A DNA stretch of 64,000 bases, taken from contig DBAU01000110.1 of NCBI GenBank assembly GCA_002291845.1, positions 24,030-88,029 of the forward strand, in the 5' to 3' direction. The notes beneath the pieces were generated by a model. The model saw only the letters and a list, made by a program, of their open reading frames with translations, did no database searches and was not told the DNA's origin. A program made the position numbers and the translations under genes. The DNA comes from Alphaproteobacteria bacterium UBA1002 (GTDB lineage: Bacteria > Pseudomonadota > Alphaproteobacteria > Rickettsiales > UBA998). Positions 54,411 to 63,437 of the stretch are shown piece by piece (within the stretch, counting starts at the first letter, position 1; the number at the start of each line of letters is the position of its first letter).

Positions 54411-55832
54411 ATGGATTTTACCTCGTTCAACCTAAAGCATTTGGAACGGCCCGATCCCTTATGGCTGCACAAGCTTGGGAATGCGCTGTTTTTTGACGCG
54501 GCTAAAGCCCGCGCGGCTTCGGAGCAGAAACCGTTGCACGAGGTCACAGATATTCTTGTACGTGAAACAGGCCATCATCTAAGGCCGAGCGTGCCGGGGA
54601 CCGGAGCCTTGAAGGGTACGCCGCTTGATTCCTTGATTGAAGCCGTCAATGCTGAAGCCAAAGCACTGGATGACGTGTTTCACTTGTTCCCTGACAGGGA
54701 GGCCCTGCGCGACAAGATCGCTGCCGAGATATTCGATGTCTATGAACGTACGGGTATCCTGCAACATCTCCATACGACCGGCGCTATTACCGCCGAAGAG
54801 CTTCGACACGGAGCTGCATTGCTGATCAAACAGCTGGATCAATACGGTGCCAATGGCTTGGGGCCAGCCTGGAAACACTGGCAGGAACGGGGCGTGGACT
54901 GGATTGCTCATCTGGAGAATGACACGCGCGAGTTTCATCCTACCCGCCTGAACGGTATCACACAATCAAGACCTCATGCCTTCAAGCGTGGTGATTATTT
55001 CAAGGCAGAATTAGAAGCGGCAGGGGAGCTTGATGCCGTCAAGTTCCGCGACATTCTTACAGGAACACTTGGGCCTGCCTTTGAAAAAGCGCATGCAGCC
55101 CGTGAATCATTGATCGGCACTCACTTGACGTCAGGGGTTAATCAGGCAGGGCATGACTTTTTCGCTGGAATCGCTGCGCTCCACCCCAATTATGAGCGCG
55201 CCCGCAAAGGCACTGAAAAACTGCATTCGCAGGAACTTCACTATCTCAATGACCAGTTGCACCCTACGGAGGAACAACTAGCCCGAATTCGTCAGGGCAA
55301 GACTCCACAAAGTTTTCACGAAGCTCTTTCAAGTATCTCCGCTGAAAAAGTAGCCGAACATCCAGCAATCACAAGTGAACTTCGCGAGTCGCTGGCCGCA
55401 GGTGTAAGATCAACCGCTGCGGAACCCGCATCAGGGGCGCGCTCACCGGCACCGGGAGGAGCAAAAGCATCTCCCTTATTGGGTCACGAAGCACCTCCTG
55501 TGCCTGCTGGAATAACGCCGCATCCAGAAGGTGCTTCGTCTTCACTGGAAAAAGCTGCCGAAACCCTGTCCCGAAAATCCGGAATGGTTAAAGTGGGAAC
55601 CGTCATTTTAGGTGGCATTCTCTGTGCTGATCAGTTGCGCCGTGCTTTTAAAGACCACCCCGATGAATCCGGACAGGAGAATCAGTCCGAATCAGTGAAC
55701 AAAATTTTGCATTATGTCGTCGCAGCTGCCGCGGCATCGGGTGTTGCCTTGGTGGTACTGGCCAAGCCTGAAACCATTGGCCGTTTTGCTGATCGCGTCA
55801 CAGGCTTGTTCAGGAAAAGCCCCCAGATTTAA
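54411..55832 (+). CDS. Hypothetical protein, helical with two C-terminal hydrophobic segments
   Basis: 473-aa ORF with an Ala/Pro/Ser-rich linker, then VKVGTVILGGILCA and ILHYVVAAAAASGVALVVLA. No family recognised. Confidence 0.55.
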   Translation: MDFTSFNLKHLERPDPLWLHKLGNALFFDAAKARAASEQKPLHEVTDILVRETGHHLRPSVPGTGALKGTPLDSLIEAVNAEAKALDDVFHLFPDREALRDKIAAEIFDVYERTGILQHLHTTGAITAEELRHGAALLIKQLDQYGANGLGPAWKHWQERGVDWIAHLENDTREFHPTRLNGITQSRPHAFKRGDYFKAELEAAGELDAVKFRDILTGTLGPAFEKAHAARESLIGTHLTSGVNQAGHDFFAGIAALHPNYERARKGTEKLHSQELHYLNDQLHPTEEQLARIRQGKTPQSFHEALSSISAEKVAEHPAITSELRESLAAGVRSTAAEPASGARSPAPGGAKASPLLGHEAPPVPAGITPHPEGASSSLEKAAETLSRKSGMVKVGTVILGGILCADQLRRAFKDHPDESGQENQSESVNKILHYVVAAAAASGVALVVLAKPETIGRFADRVTGLFRKSPQI

Positions 55833-56137
55833 TTTCCAACTTCTTAAGCTTATTTTAGCAAAGATTTGACTGTAAAAAGCTAAGCCTACTTTCGGCAAAA
55901 GGCGCATCACAAAGCAAATACCAAGAGACATTTCTCACAACGTCTTCCGCCCAGCCAACCTTTGCACGAAAAGTCTCCCATCTGATCCAGAATGGCGACA
56001 AACGAACGAAGGTACCAGATAAATACCTTTTATTGTGCGCGTAAGGATGAAATGGTGCGTTGAGTGTTTCGCTCTGTTTTGGCCATGGGCACTCCCTAAA
56101 AAAATAGATGCAACACAAAAAGCACTAAAGGTTATGT

Positions 56138-56998
56138 ATGAGTGAACAGCACGTACATCATCCGCGAATCTGGCGTGAGGTCATGCAGGCGGTCATCCGC
56201 CTCCTCGTCCTGGGTGGTGGGCTTATCTACTTTATGGGACGCGCGGAAGCAGGGCTGAATCATTTTCACAACCAGCCTTTCGTAAATATTGCACTCCAGA
56301 TTGCACTTGCCCTGGCCGCCATCGGTATCTACGCCGCTTATGGAAGGCTTATTGAACGCCGCCATGTCTCCGAACTCTCAGCTGGGGGTAGCGGGCGCGA
56401 ATGGAGCCTTGGCGTGCTGACAGGCATGGGGATCTACACGGCCTGCGTCGTTGTTCTCATCCTGATGGGTTACTACAAGGTGGAGGGCCTCAACCCCATC
56501 GCGTTCGTTCTGCCTGCCATGGCTCTGGCCATCAAATCAGGGGTGTTTGAGGAGCTCATTTTTCGAGGCGTCTTGCATCAGTCCGTCGAGAACGTGTTGG
56601 GTAGCTTGGCAGGTACCCTCGCGGCGTCCTTTGTTTTTGGCTTCCTTCACCTGCTGAATCCTGCTGCTACGATCATCGGGGCAATCTACATCAGTATTGA
56701 GGCCGGACTTTTATTGTCTGCTGCCTATATGGTTACGCGTCGTATCTGGAGTTGTATTGGCTTCCACATGGGGTGGAACTTTGTGCAGGAGGGAATCTAT
56801 TCAGGGGTTGTCTCCGGTGGACCTGACGAGCCTGGCTTTTTAAAGGCGACAATTGAAGGACCCGTTCTGTTTACCGGTGGCTCATTCGGGATGGAACAGT
56901 CCGTCTTTGCTTTACTATTTTGTACCACAACCGGTCTGATCTTGCTGCGCACCGCCATACGACGGGGGCACTTCATTGCACCGTTATGGAAGCGCTGA
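56138..56998 (+). CDS. CPBP-family intramembrane glutamic endopeptidase (CAAX protease/Abi-like)
   Basis: Motifs FEELIFRGVL, FGFLHL and HMGWNF in a polytopic membrane protein. Confidence 0.8.
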   Translation: MSEQHVHHPRIWREVMQAVIRLLVLGGGLIYFMGRAEAGLNHFHNQPFVNIALQIALALAAIGIYAAYGRLIERRHVSELSAGGSGREWSLGVLTGMGIYTACVVVLILMGYYKVEGLNPIAFVLPAMALAIKSGVFEELIFRGVLHQSVENVLGSLAGTLAASFVFGFLHLLNPAATIIGAIYISIEAGLLLSAAYMVTRRIWSCIGFHMGWNFVQEGIYSGVVSGGPDEPGFLKATIEGPVLFTGGSFGMEQSVFALLFCTTTGLILLRTAIRRGHFIAPLWKR

Positions 56999-57053
56999 AC
57001 CCGGCAGCCTTGCGTGATCACCCGAATACGAACAGGGCTTCAGAGCCATAACG

Positions 57054-57212
57054 TTACTCGTCTTTAAGCCTGTGAAAGATGCTCGAGCAAACCTGCATGG
57101 CCACCATGCACCGGCGCCATGTCTTCCCAAGACGGGCAGATAAGAGGATTAATGTCAGCAGATAAAAGCCAATCTGCGCAAGGCCGTTGCCCGTGAAGCC
57201 GAGGGATTCCAT
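57054..57212 (-). CDS. Possible small membrane protein (52 aa)
   Basis: An ATG 6 nt after AGGAG, which overlaps the stop of the barrel gene. One hydrophobic span LAQIGFYLLTLILLSA. Below the ORF-track cutoff. Confidence 0.2.
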   Translation of the reverse strand: MESLGFTGNGLAQIGFYLLTLILLSARLGKTWRRCMVAMQVCSSIFHRLKDE

Positions 57213-57221
57213 ATGTCTCTC

Positions 57222-58082
57222 CTAAAAACGGTAGGCCGTACCGAAAAACAGATTCGTATCATCCGCCGCATCCGTCGCGCCGAGATGCAGGTTCGCGTCG
57301 ATACGGAAGTTATCGGTCACCGCATAAACGAGACCAAAATCCACCGTATTCGCCCAGCGCGCACCGGGCTGGTCCGCCTTCACCGTCCAATACTCCGCGT
57401 AAGCACTGAGTTTATCGTTCAAGCTTTTACCCACGATCAACGAGTTGACATACATCGAATCATATCCGGAGCCATCCGGCTGGGCGATCAGGTTGAACTG
57501 GGTCTGACCACCAATGCTCCACCCGTCAGAAAGCACAAAGTTAAATGGCAGGCCGATACCATACTCATATTCATCATTGGCTAGATTATCCTGATTCGTC
57601 GGTAGCTTCACATACGGTAGCACGCCGAGAGAGAATGCATCCGTTGGCAAATTACCGATCAGATTTTTTTTCAGCCGGACCACCGTATCACCAAAACCCT
57701 GCCGTGTTTCTTCCATCCCGCCGGTGCGGTCATCTATATCCAGATGCCGATAGAGGTCACTGGCAATCTGCAGATCCGTGGTATCGGTCAACCCGATCCG
57801 CACGTTCGTAAAGCGTCCCAACGTGCTTTGGCGGGTACGCGTGCATTGACCATCGACGCAATCATCATTTTCCACATACGCGTACAAGTCCGTTTCCACC
57901 TGCACCCGGCCAGCATCAATGGAATAGGGGCTATCGGTTTTGCTGGGACGCTCCGTGGTCATCGGGCGCCGCTGATCGTCCGGCGTAGGATTGAATAGCG
58001 TATGCCCCTCTCCTGCCAAAGCGGACGATGCGGTTAATAAAGCGAAGGTCGTCGTCATAGCCATTACAAACATGCGCGGCAT
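57222..58082 (-). CDS. Outer-membrane beta-barrel protein (MetA-pathway/phenol-degradation-like transporter family)
   Basis: Signal peptide ending SSALAGEG, alternating beta-strand pattern and C-terminal FFGTAYRF. Confidence 0.65.
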   Translation of the reverse strand: MPRMFVMAMTTTFALLTASSALAGEGHTLFNPTPDDQRRPMTTERPSKTDSPYSIDAGRVQVETDLYAYVENDDCVDGQCTRTRQSTLGRFTNVRIGLTDTTDLQIASDLYRHLDIDDRTGGMEETRQGFGDTVVRLKKNLIGNLPTDAFSLGVLPYVKLPTNQDNLANDEYEYGIGLPFNFVLSDGWSIGGQTQFNLIAQPDGSGYDSMYVNSLIVGKSLNDKLSAYAEYWTVKADQPGARWANTVDFGLVYAVTDNFRIDANLHLGATDAADDTNLFFGTAYRF

Positions 58083-58112
58083 AAAGAAATCTCCATCCAG
58101 CCAAGGAAAAAG

Positions 58113-58283
58113 CTATGGCCTCAGCAGCGCAATAAAATGATACGCACCAAGGCCAAGCGTCAGAATACGTGAAATGAGGGCAAAGAGCGTCATGGCTTCT
58201 CCTCCAGCCGCACAAGTCGGCTCACCAGCCAGCCGCTTGCTGCAAAGAAAGCTAACCCACCTAAAAAAACATAACCATGTCAT
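58113..58283 (-). CDS. Possible small two-TM membrane protein (56 aa)
   Basis: GGAGG-N5-ATG. Sequence MTWLCFFRWVSFLCSKRLAGEPTCAAGGEAMTLFALISRILTLGLGAYHFIALLRP. An internal ATG behind GGAGGAG would give a 26-aa peptide instead. Confidence 0.3.
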   Translation of the reverse strand: MTWLCFFRWVSFLCSKRLAGEPTCAAGGEAMTLFALISRILTLGLGAYHFIALLRP

Positions 58284-58407
58284 AAGGACCTCCACGGACT
58301 TCGTTTTACGCTGGTTAATAGAGTGCCGTGTATATTTAAGGTGTCTGGCTGTATGGAAAGCGTATAGAGACAAAAGGCGGGCGGTGTGGGACCCGAAAAA
58401 TACAGTG

Positions 58408-58764
58408 CTACATTTCCATTTTCCCACGGTGGAACTCCTGCACGTGCTCCCTTTGTGGTTCAAACGTGGAACGCAAAACATTCAATGCTTTGTGGGGATC
58501 ACAGGCGCCACAGACAAAGACGTCCAGCGCAACATAATTGATCTCAGGCCATGTATGGATACTGATATGCGATTCCGCCAGAATCGCTACACCGGTTATA
58601 CCTGCATTATCACCAAAAGAATGCAGGATAACATCAAGCACCGTGGCACCACACGCATTGGCCGCATCACGCATGGCGTGCTCAATCTGTGGCGCATCCT
58701 GAAGATGCCTCACATCCCAGAAATCAATCAGAAGATGCCGTCCAGGAGAAACAAATTTGGTCAC
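58408..58764 (-). CDS. Pyruvoyl-dependent S-adenosylmethionine decarboxylase proenzyme (SpeH/class 1b-like)
   Basis: Self-cleavage motif AESHISIHTWPE and DVFVCG. The GTG start forms a GTGA overlap with the upstream gene's stop. The 217-aa track ORF is an artefactual N-terminal extension. Confidence 0.8.
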   Translation of the reverse strand: MTKFVSPGRHLLIDFWDVRHLQDAPQIEHAMRDAANACGATVLDVILHSFGDNAGITGVAILAESHISIHTWPEINYVALDVFVCGACDPHKALNVLRSTFEPQREHVQEFHRGKMEM

Positions 58765-59873
58765 GTGGTGGGGCCTTCCTGATGAAATAGGTAGCGTTTC
58801 CAGGGCGTATTCTCCGTATTCATCCGCCAGATAAACGCGTCGAGGATGTAGTGTGTCATTTGCGGCAGTGCGAGTAGCGGGACCAGCCATACAAGGATAT
58901 GCGTGTCTGTCATTACGGGCAGCGTAGAAAAGACACCAAATAGACTGGCATGCTCTCGCCATATCAGCCCATCCCAAAGCCCCTCTTCGAGAAACGCGAG
59001 GATGCAAAGTATCGCGATGTACCAAGGGACCGCCCTCCCGCGGAATAATAAACCAATCCATTTCCAGAGATAGGAGGACTGGGAGCCTTGGATCAGGGTC
59101 TGATTGTGACCATACAACCAGATTAACGCGAGATAAGGGATCCCGTGCGCGATGACATTCGTTGCAGTAAACGCAAGATCATTGTTAAACATGACAATCC
59201 CGACAAACCATGAGCATGCGGTGCCAAAAAGAAGTATATTTTTTGGTAAATTCCACCCGCCTGTGTGTTTCCACTGTATGATCTCTTTTACTACATACGC
59301 CGCCAGCGTCGCGGCATACAGACTGGCCACTGCGTCGTGAAGCCAAGGCGCATTGAGCAAGAAAAAATCCTCCTCGATAAACCACTCGAACGTTCGCCCG
59401 TGACAATGCCAATAAATCAAGGGGTATAGCGTAGCCAAATAGATAACGGCTTTATCAAGCCAGCGAAAAAATATAGGAAGTCTCCGCTCATTACGCGCAT
59501 AGATCATCATGAAACCATATTGCTGGCGAATAAAATGAAAGACCGCGAGATAGGCAAGGACGCGCCAAAACAACAGGCTATTGATACTATACAGGAAACA
59601 CCCTGCCATCCAGGCAAGCAGCGGCGTTAATACATAAAGCCCCTGACGCTTTTTTAGTTCTTCTCTGTCCAGATAGGTTCGAAAAAGCGTGCTGTAGACA
59701 TGGCTGACATCAACTCCCACAATCAGTAACAACCACAGCCAAGGTGGAACGTCATTCAGCGGCCCCATCAGCTGACGGCAAAAAACCACAAGCGCAGTGA
59801 TAATTATGGCTGGGGACAGAATCAGCCAACCATCAAACCGTGCGGAGTGTATCCAAGGCTGAGCATGACTCAT
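58761..59873 (-). CDS. Polytopic membrane protein of unknown function
   Basis: 370-aa ORF with about 10 hydrophobic spans and recurring His-containing motifs (DVSHVYS, FHFIRQQYG, IAHGIPY, MTHYILDAFIWR). Overlaps both neighbours by 4 nt. Confidence 0.6.
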   Translation of the reverse strand: MSHAQPWIHSARFDGWLILSPAIIITALVVFCRQLMGPLNDVPPWLWLLLIVGVDVSHVYSTLFRTYLDREELKKRQGLYVLTPLLAWMAGCFLYSINSLLFWRVLAYLAVFHFIRQQYGFMMIYARNERRLPIFFRWLDKAVIYLATLYPLIYWHCHGRTFEWFIEEDFFLLNAPWLHDAVASLYAATLAAYVVKEIIQWKHTGGWNLPKNILLFGTACSWFVGIVMFNNDLAFTATNVIAHGIPYLALIWLYGHNQTLIQGSQSSYLWKWIGLLFRGRAVPWYIAILCILAFLEEGLWDGLIWREHASLFGVFSTLPVMTDTHILVWLVPLLALPQMTHYILDAFIWRMNTENTPWKRYLFHQEGPTT

Positions 59874-61510
59874 AGAACACTCCGGTAGGCCAATCCAAGA
59901 TAGGAGAGAACCCCCTCTGCAGCGCGTACACCATGGGTGTAGGCCTCTTCAAAAATGGAAATGCCGCTCATATCGGTATGGGCCGTAAAAAGGGGAGGAT
60001 GCTGTTTCAATGCGCTCTGACGCACGTCACCCCATATGAAGCCGGGGGTGGGACGAACCATCGCATGCCCCCATACCCACACATCCAGACGCTCAACAGC
60101 CCCCTCAAGCTCTGGGTGAATATGAAGCAGCTCTTTAAGAATAATGCGCTGCCACTCTTCATAGCGTCTGTTGAGTGCCTCACGACGAGCTTCTGCCGGG
60201 CTTAGCTGAGTAAGTGGCCAGTAATAAGTCACCACCGTACTGCGCGGAGTTAGCTGTGGCACTTGATGCGTGGCCACAACGTAGCCAAGCAGTGGACTGT
60301 CATAAACCACATTGTCCCAGCTGAGTGGTGCGCCTTGGCCTGCGGGCATTTTTGACAGGGTAATATTTACCACAGCCCATGGTGAATAAGAATATGCCTC
60401 ATTCTGCGATGAAAAAGAGCGGGTGGTTGAGTTCACCATGCGTGAAGTGACAAAATGCGGCGTCGCAAGAATGGCGGCACGCGCCGTAACACAGGTGGAG
60501 GTCTGTGTGTTCTGATCCCAGTATTCTACAGTCACATGGTTATCCTGTTCGGTCACGCGATAGGCTAGCGCGCTGGTAAGAATATTGTCCTTGCATGGCT
60601 CCGCCAGCTTGTTTGCCAACCAACCATTACCTTCCGGCCAGGTAATGACATTGGAAGAATCCGTGTTTGCGGCCACGCCATTCCGTGAAGCAAAGTAATG
60701 CAAGCCAGCCCAAGCAGAGGTTTCGGTAAAACGTGTTCCGAAATCATCGCGACAGCTATAATCCACATACCAGCGCAAATGAGGCGAGTGATAGCCGTGC
60801 TGATCCATCCATTCTGACATGGTGAGCGCGTCAAGTGCGATCCATTCTTGATCCTGCGAACTTTGGTCGAGGGGAATGGCAAACAAACGTTTACCATCAC
60901 GGCCCCTGCGATTTTTCAGGTGATCAACGAAGTCAAAAAACCGAGTATACTGCGCTTCCTCGTCGGGCGTGACGCCAATTCTCGGCACCAGTCCGTCTTG
61001 CCAGCGCCCATACATGTAGAGGCGCTCGTGCGGATCCGCACAAATGTAATACTCATTGTATCGTGGGCGGCCCGCCGCATCATACCCGGTAATGACTCCT
61101 ATTTCTTCGAAGAGCCTCTTAACGGCTACTGACTCTTCGGTGAGCAATGGCACGTAATGTGCACCCCAAGGATAGGCAGAAACATCATTTTTACCGCTGC
61201 TGGCGTTACCGCCAGTTTGCTTTTCTAGATCGAGCAATACAAAATTTTTCTGTCCTGATTGATGCAAACGATAGGCGGCAGCAAGCCCCGAAATGCCGCC
61301 ACCAATAATGACCACGTCTTTCTCAAAGACGTTTGTAGGTGCAGGGAAATTACCATTCCGAAGCGTATGCCCCATGGCTGAATCCGCACCGAGTATGGCA
61401 CCTGGAATCTTCTTTTTTTTCGAAACTGGAAGTAAGCACTTACCTAATGCCAGCGCCCCCAGACTGGCCACACTTCCTGCAACAAATGTTCTTCGGGTGA
61501 TCTTCATCAC
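59870..61510 (-). CDS. Tat-exported FAD-dependent oxidoreductase (amine-oxidase-like)
   Basis: Twin-arginine leader MMKITRRTFVAGSVASLGALALG and dinucleotide fold DVVIIGGGISGLAAAYRL. Confidence 0.8.
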   Translation of the reverse strand: MMKITRRTFVAGSVASLGALALGKCLLPVSKKKKIPGAILGADSAMGHTLRNGNFPAPTNVFEKDVVIIGGGISGLAAAYRLHQSGQKNFVLLDLEKQTGGNASSGKNDVSAYPWGAHYVPLLTEESVAVKRLFEEIGVITGYDAAGRPRYNEYYICADPHERLYMYGRWQDGLVPRIGVTPDEEAQYTRFFDFVDHLKNRRGRDGKRLFAIPLDQSSQDQEWIALDALTMSEWMDQHGYHSPHLRWYVDYSCRDDFGTRFTETSAWAGLHYFASRNGVAANTDSSNVITWPEGNGWLANKLAEPCKDNILTSALAYRVTEQDNHVTVEYWDQNTQTSTCVTARAAILATPHFVTSRMVNSTTRSFSSQNEAYSYSPWAVVNITLSKMPAGQGAPLSWDNVVYDSPLLGYVVATHQVPQLTPRSTVVTYYWPLTQLSPAEARREALNRRYEEWQRIILKELLHIHPELEGAVERLDVWVWGHAMVRPTPGFIWGDVRQSALKQHPPLFTAHTDMSGISIFEEAYTHGVRAAEGVLSYLGLAYRSVL

Positions 61511-61528
61511 GTGCTGATATGTTTAGGC

Positions 61529-63040
61529 CTAATAAATCAGGTATTGTGACCATTCTTCATCAAAATAATGGATTAATACCTGATCATCGAGGCGTTGGAT
61601 TTTTGTTTTTATTCGCGCCATGTCTGCTGGGAAATGCAGCATCTCACGTAAGGTTTCCACACTCACAAAACGAAGGCCTTGAGGATATTTCGCCGGCGGC
61701 ACATACGGTCCATGTGAAGCAATTACAAAACCCCACTCGCCGAATGCTGGCACATAGGCATGGTAAGGAGTCGTCGCAAATCCCGCCGCTTCCAGCGTGT
61801 TATTAACGCACCAAAATGATTTCCGCGCCACAAGTGGCGATGTGCTTTGCACAACTATGAGGCCGCTTTCACTCATCACGTCATGCAGCAGCTTGAAAAA
61901 TGTAAGGGAATACAGTTTCCCAACAGAGAAATTGGATGGATCTGGCACATCGATAATAATGGCATCAAATCGCATAGTGCTATTGTTCTTATGTTCTCTC
62001 AGCCATAGAAAAGCATCCTCATTGACGACGTTTACCTTGGACGACAGAAGTGACTTCTGATTGAGCGAAACCAGCATCTCATTGGCCGAAAATAGCCTCG
62101 TCATCGCAGGATCAAGATCCACTAAGGTGACTGATTGAACGCTTTCATATTTCAATACTTCTCGTAGTGCCAGGCCATCCCCACCGCCAATAATTAAAAC
62201 ATGCGCAGGGCGTGGCAGAGCGCTCATCACAGGATGCACCAGAGATTCGTGATAGCGATATTCATCTACGGAGCTGAATTGCAGATTGGAATTTAGATAC
62301 AAGCGCAGATCCTGCGCCTGTTTGGTGAGTACAATGCGTTGGTAAGGAGAGGATTGAGCAAAAATAATTTTGCCCGGATACGCATTGGTTTCAGAAATGC
62401 TGGTAATCTTTTCAGAGAAGACAAATCCAAGCATCAGTGCGATAAGCACAAAAACGGCAGAGAATTTATGAAACTTTTGTGCCGGGATTTCTTCCTTGAT
62501 CGCATAGAGCACCCATAGCGCGACCATGGTGTTGAAGATACCAAACAAGAAGCTGGTTTTTACCAAACCAAGATAGGGAACCAGTAGCAGCGGAAATAAG
62601 ATGGAGGCAAACAACGCACCGACGTAATCGAAGGTAAATATCTTGGAAACGAGATCTTTGAATTCCAAACGATCTTTTAGAATCCTCATAAGGATCGGTA
62701 TTTCCACTCCCACAAGAATGCCAATGACGCTGACCACGCCATAGAGGAGTAGCCGGAAAGAATACACATGCTCAAAAAGAACAAACAGTAACGCCGCCGA
62801 ACAGCCACCAATCAGCCCCACCAGAATTTCCACTTTGATGAAAAAACCAAGCAGATTACGTGTCACAAAGCGGGAAAGCCAAGAGCCGATGCCCATGGCA
62901 AACAAGTAGCAGCCAATAATGGTTGAGAACTGGGTAATGGAATCTCCCAGAAGATAGCTGGCAAGCGTACCAGCTATTAGCTCATAGACGAGCCCGCAAG
63001 TGGCAATAACAAAGACTGAAATGAAAAGTAGGTTTGCCAA
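61529..63040 (-). CDS. Membrane-fused polyamine aminopropyltransferase (SpeE-like)
   Basis: About seven N-terminal TM spans, then a spermidine-synthase fold (HVLIIGGGDGLALREVL, VTLVDLDP, DAIIIDVPDPS). Confidence 0.85.
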   Translation of the reverse strand: MANLLFISVFVIATCGLVYELIAGTLASYLLGDSITQFSTIIGCYLFAMGIGSWLSRFVTRNLLGFFIKVEILVGLIGGCSAALLFVLFEHVYSFRLLLYGVVSVIGILVGVEIPILMRILKDRLEFKDLVSKIFTFDYVGALFASILFPLLLVPYLGLVKTSFLFGIFNTMVALWVLYAIKEEIPAQKFHKFSAVFVLIALMLGFVFSEKITSISETNAYPGKIIFAQSSPYQRIVLTKQAQDLRLYLNSNLQFSSVDEYRYHESLVHPVMSALPRPAHVLIIGGGDGLALREVLKYESVQSVTLVDLDPAMTRLFSANEMLVSLNQKSLLSSKVNVVNEDAFLWLREHKNNSTMRFDAIIIDVPDPSNFSVGKLYSLTFFKLLHDVMSESGLIVVQSTSPLVARKSFWCVNNTLEAAGFATTPYHAYVPAFGEWGFVIASHGPYVPPAKYPQGLRFVSVETLREMLHFPADMARIKTKIQRLDDQVLIHYFDEEWSQYLIY

Positions 63041-63058
63041 AACAAGAGGGTCTTTCCG

Positions 63059-63286
63059 TTAGCCATGAATCGCGGACGCGATAATGGTTGCGATGCCAAA
63101 CGCGAGTGCCCCTAAAAAGATGGCAAAGGCCGTATTCTGCTTTTCAACCAACTCCTTCCAAATACTAATTTTTGGGGTGAGCACATCGAACAATGTAAAA
63201 CTCAGCGCAAAAATCAACATGCCAATGCCGGAGTAAACCACAGCTGAAACAACATATTTTATCTGAATTACTTCAAGCAGTTCCAT
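63059..63286 (-). CDS. DUF350-like small membrane protein (YjfL-like)
   Basis: 75 aa with two to three TM spans (VVYSGIGMLIFALSFTLF and AFAIFLGALAFGIATIIASAIHG). A Shine-Dalgarno AAGGAG is present. Confidence 0.65.
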   Translation of the reverse strand: MELLEVIQIKYVVSAVVYSGIGMLIFALSFTLFDVLTPKISIWKELVEKQNTAFAIFLGALAFGIATIIASAIHG

Positions 63287-63297
63287 ACATTTCTCCT

Positions 63298-63435
63298 TTA
63301 TTTATGGTAGCGGTTTGCGGTCTTTTCGGGTTTCTGGTCGCCCGTCAGAAAATCTCCCATGACATAGCCCCGATAATTAGCAAGTGTCATAAGAGTAATC
63401 AGTAGCGCGCAGTAAGCAGTAAATATTTTCGGCAT
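63298..63435 (-). CDS. Possible small membrane protein (45 aa)
   Basis: Sequence MPKIFTAYCALLITLMTLANYRGYVMGDFLTGDQKPEKTANRYHK. Its ATG lies 2 nt after the upstream stop, and its own stop abuts the DUF350 Shine-Dalgarno sequence. Below the ORF-track cutoff. Confidence 0.25.
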   Translation of the reverse strand: MPKIFTAYCALLITLMTLANYRGYVMGDFLTGDQKPEKTANRYHK

Positions 63436-63437
63436 AA

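Noticed and set aside
58765-59061. N-terminal 98 residues of the 217-aa track ORF containing the AdoMetDC domain.
   Set aside because: This part overlaps the 3' end of the 370-aa membrane-protein gene in another frame. The AdoMetDC homology begins at VTKFVSPGRHLLIDF, with a GTG that forms a GTGA overlap with the upstream stop.
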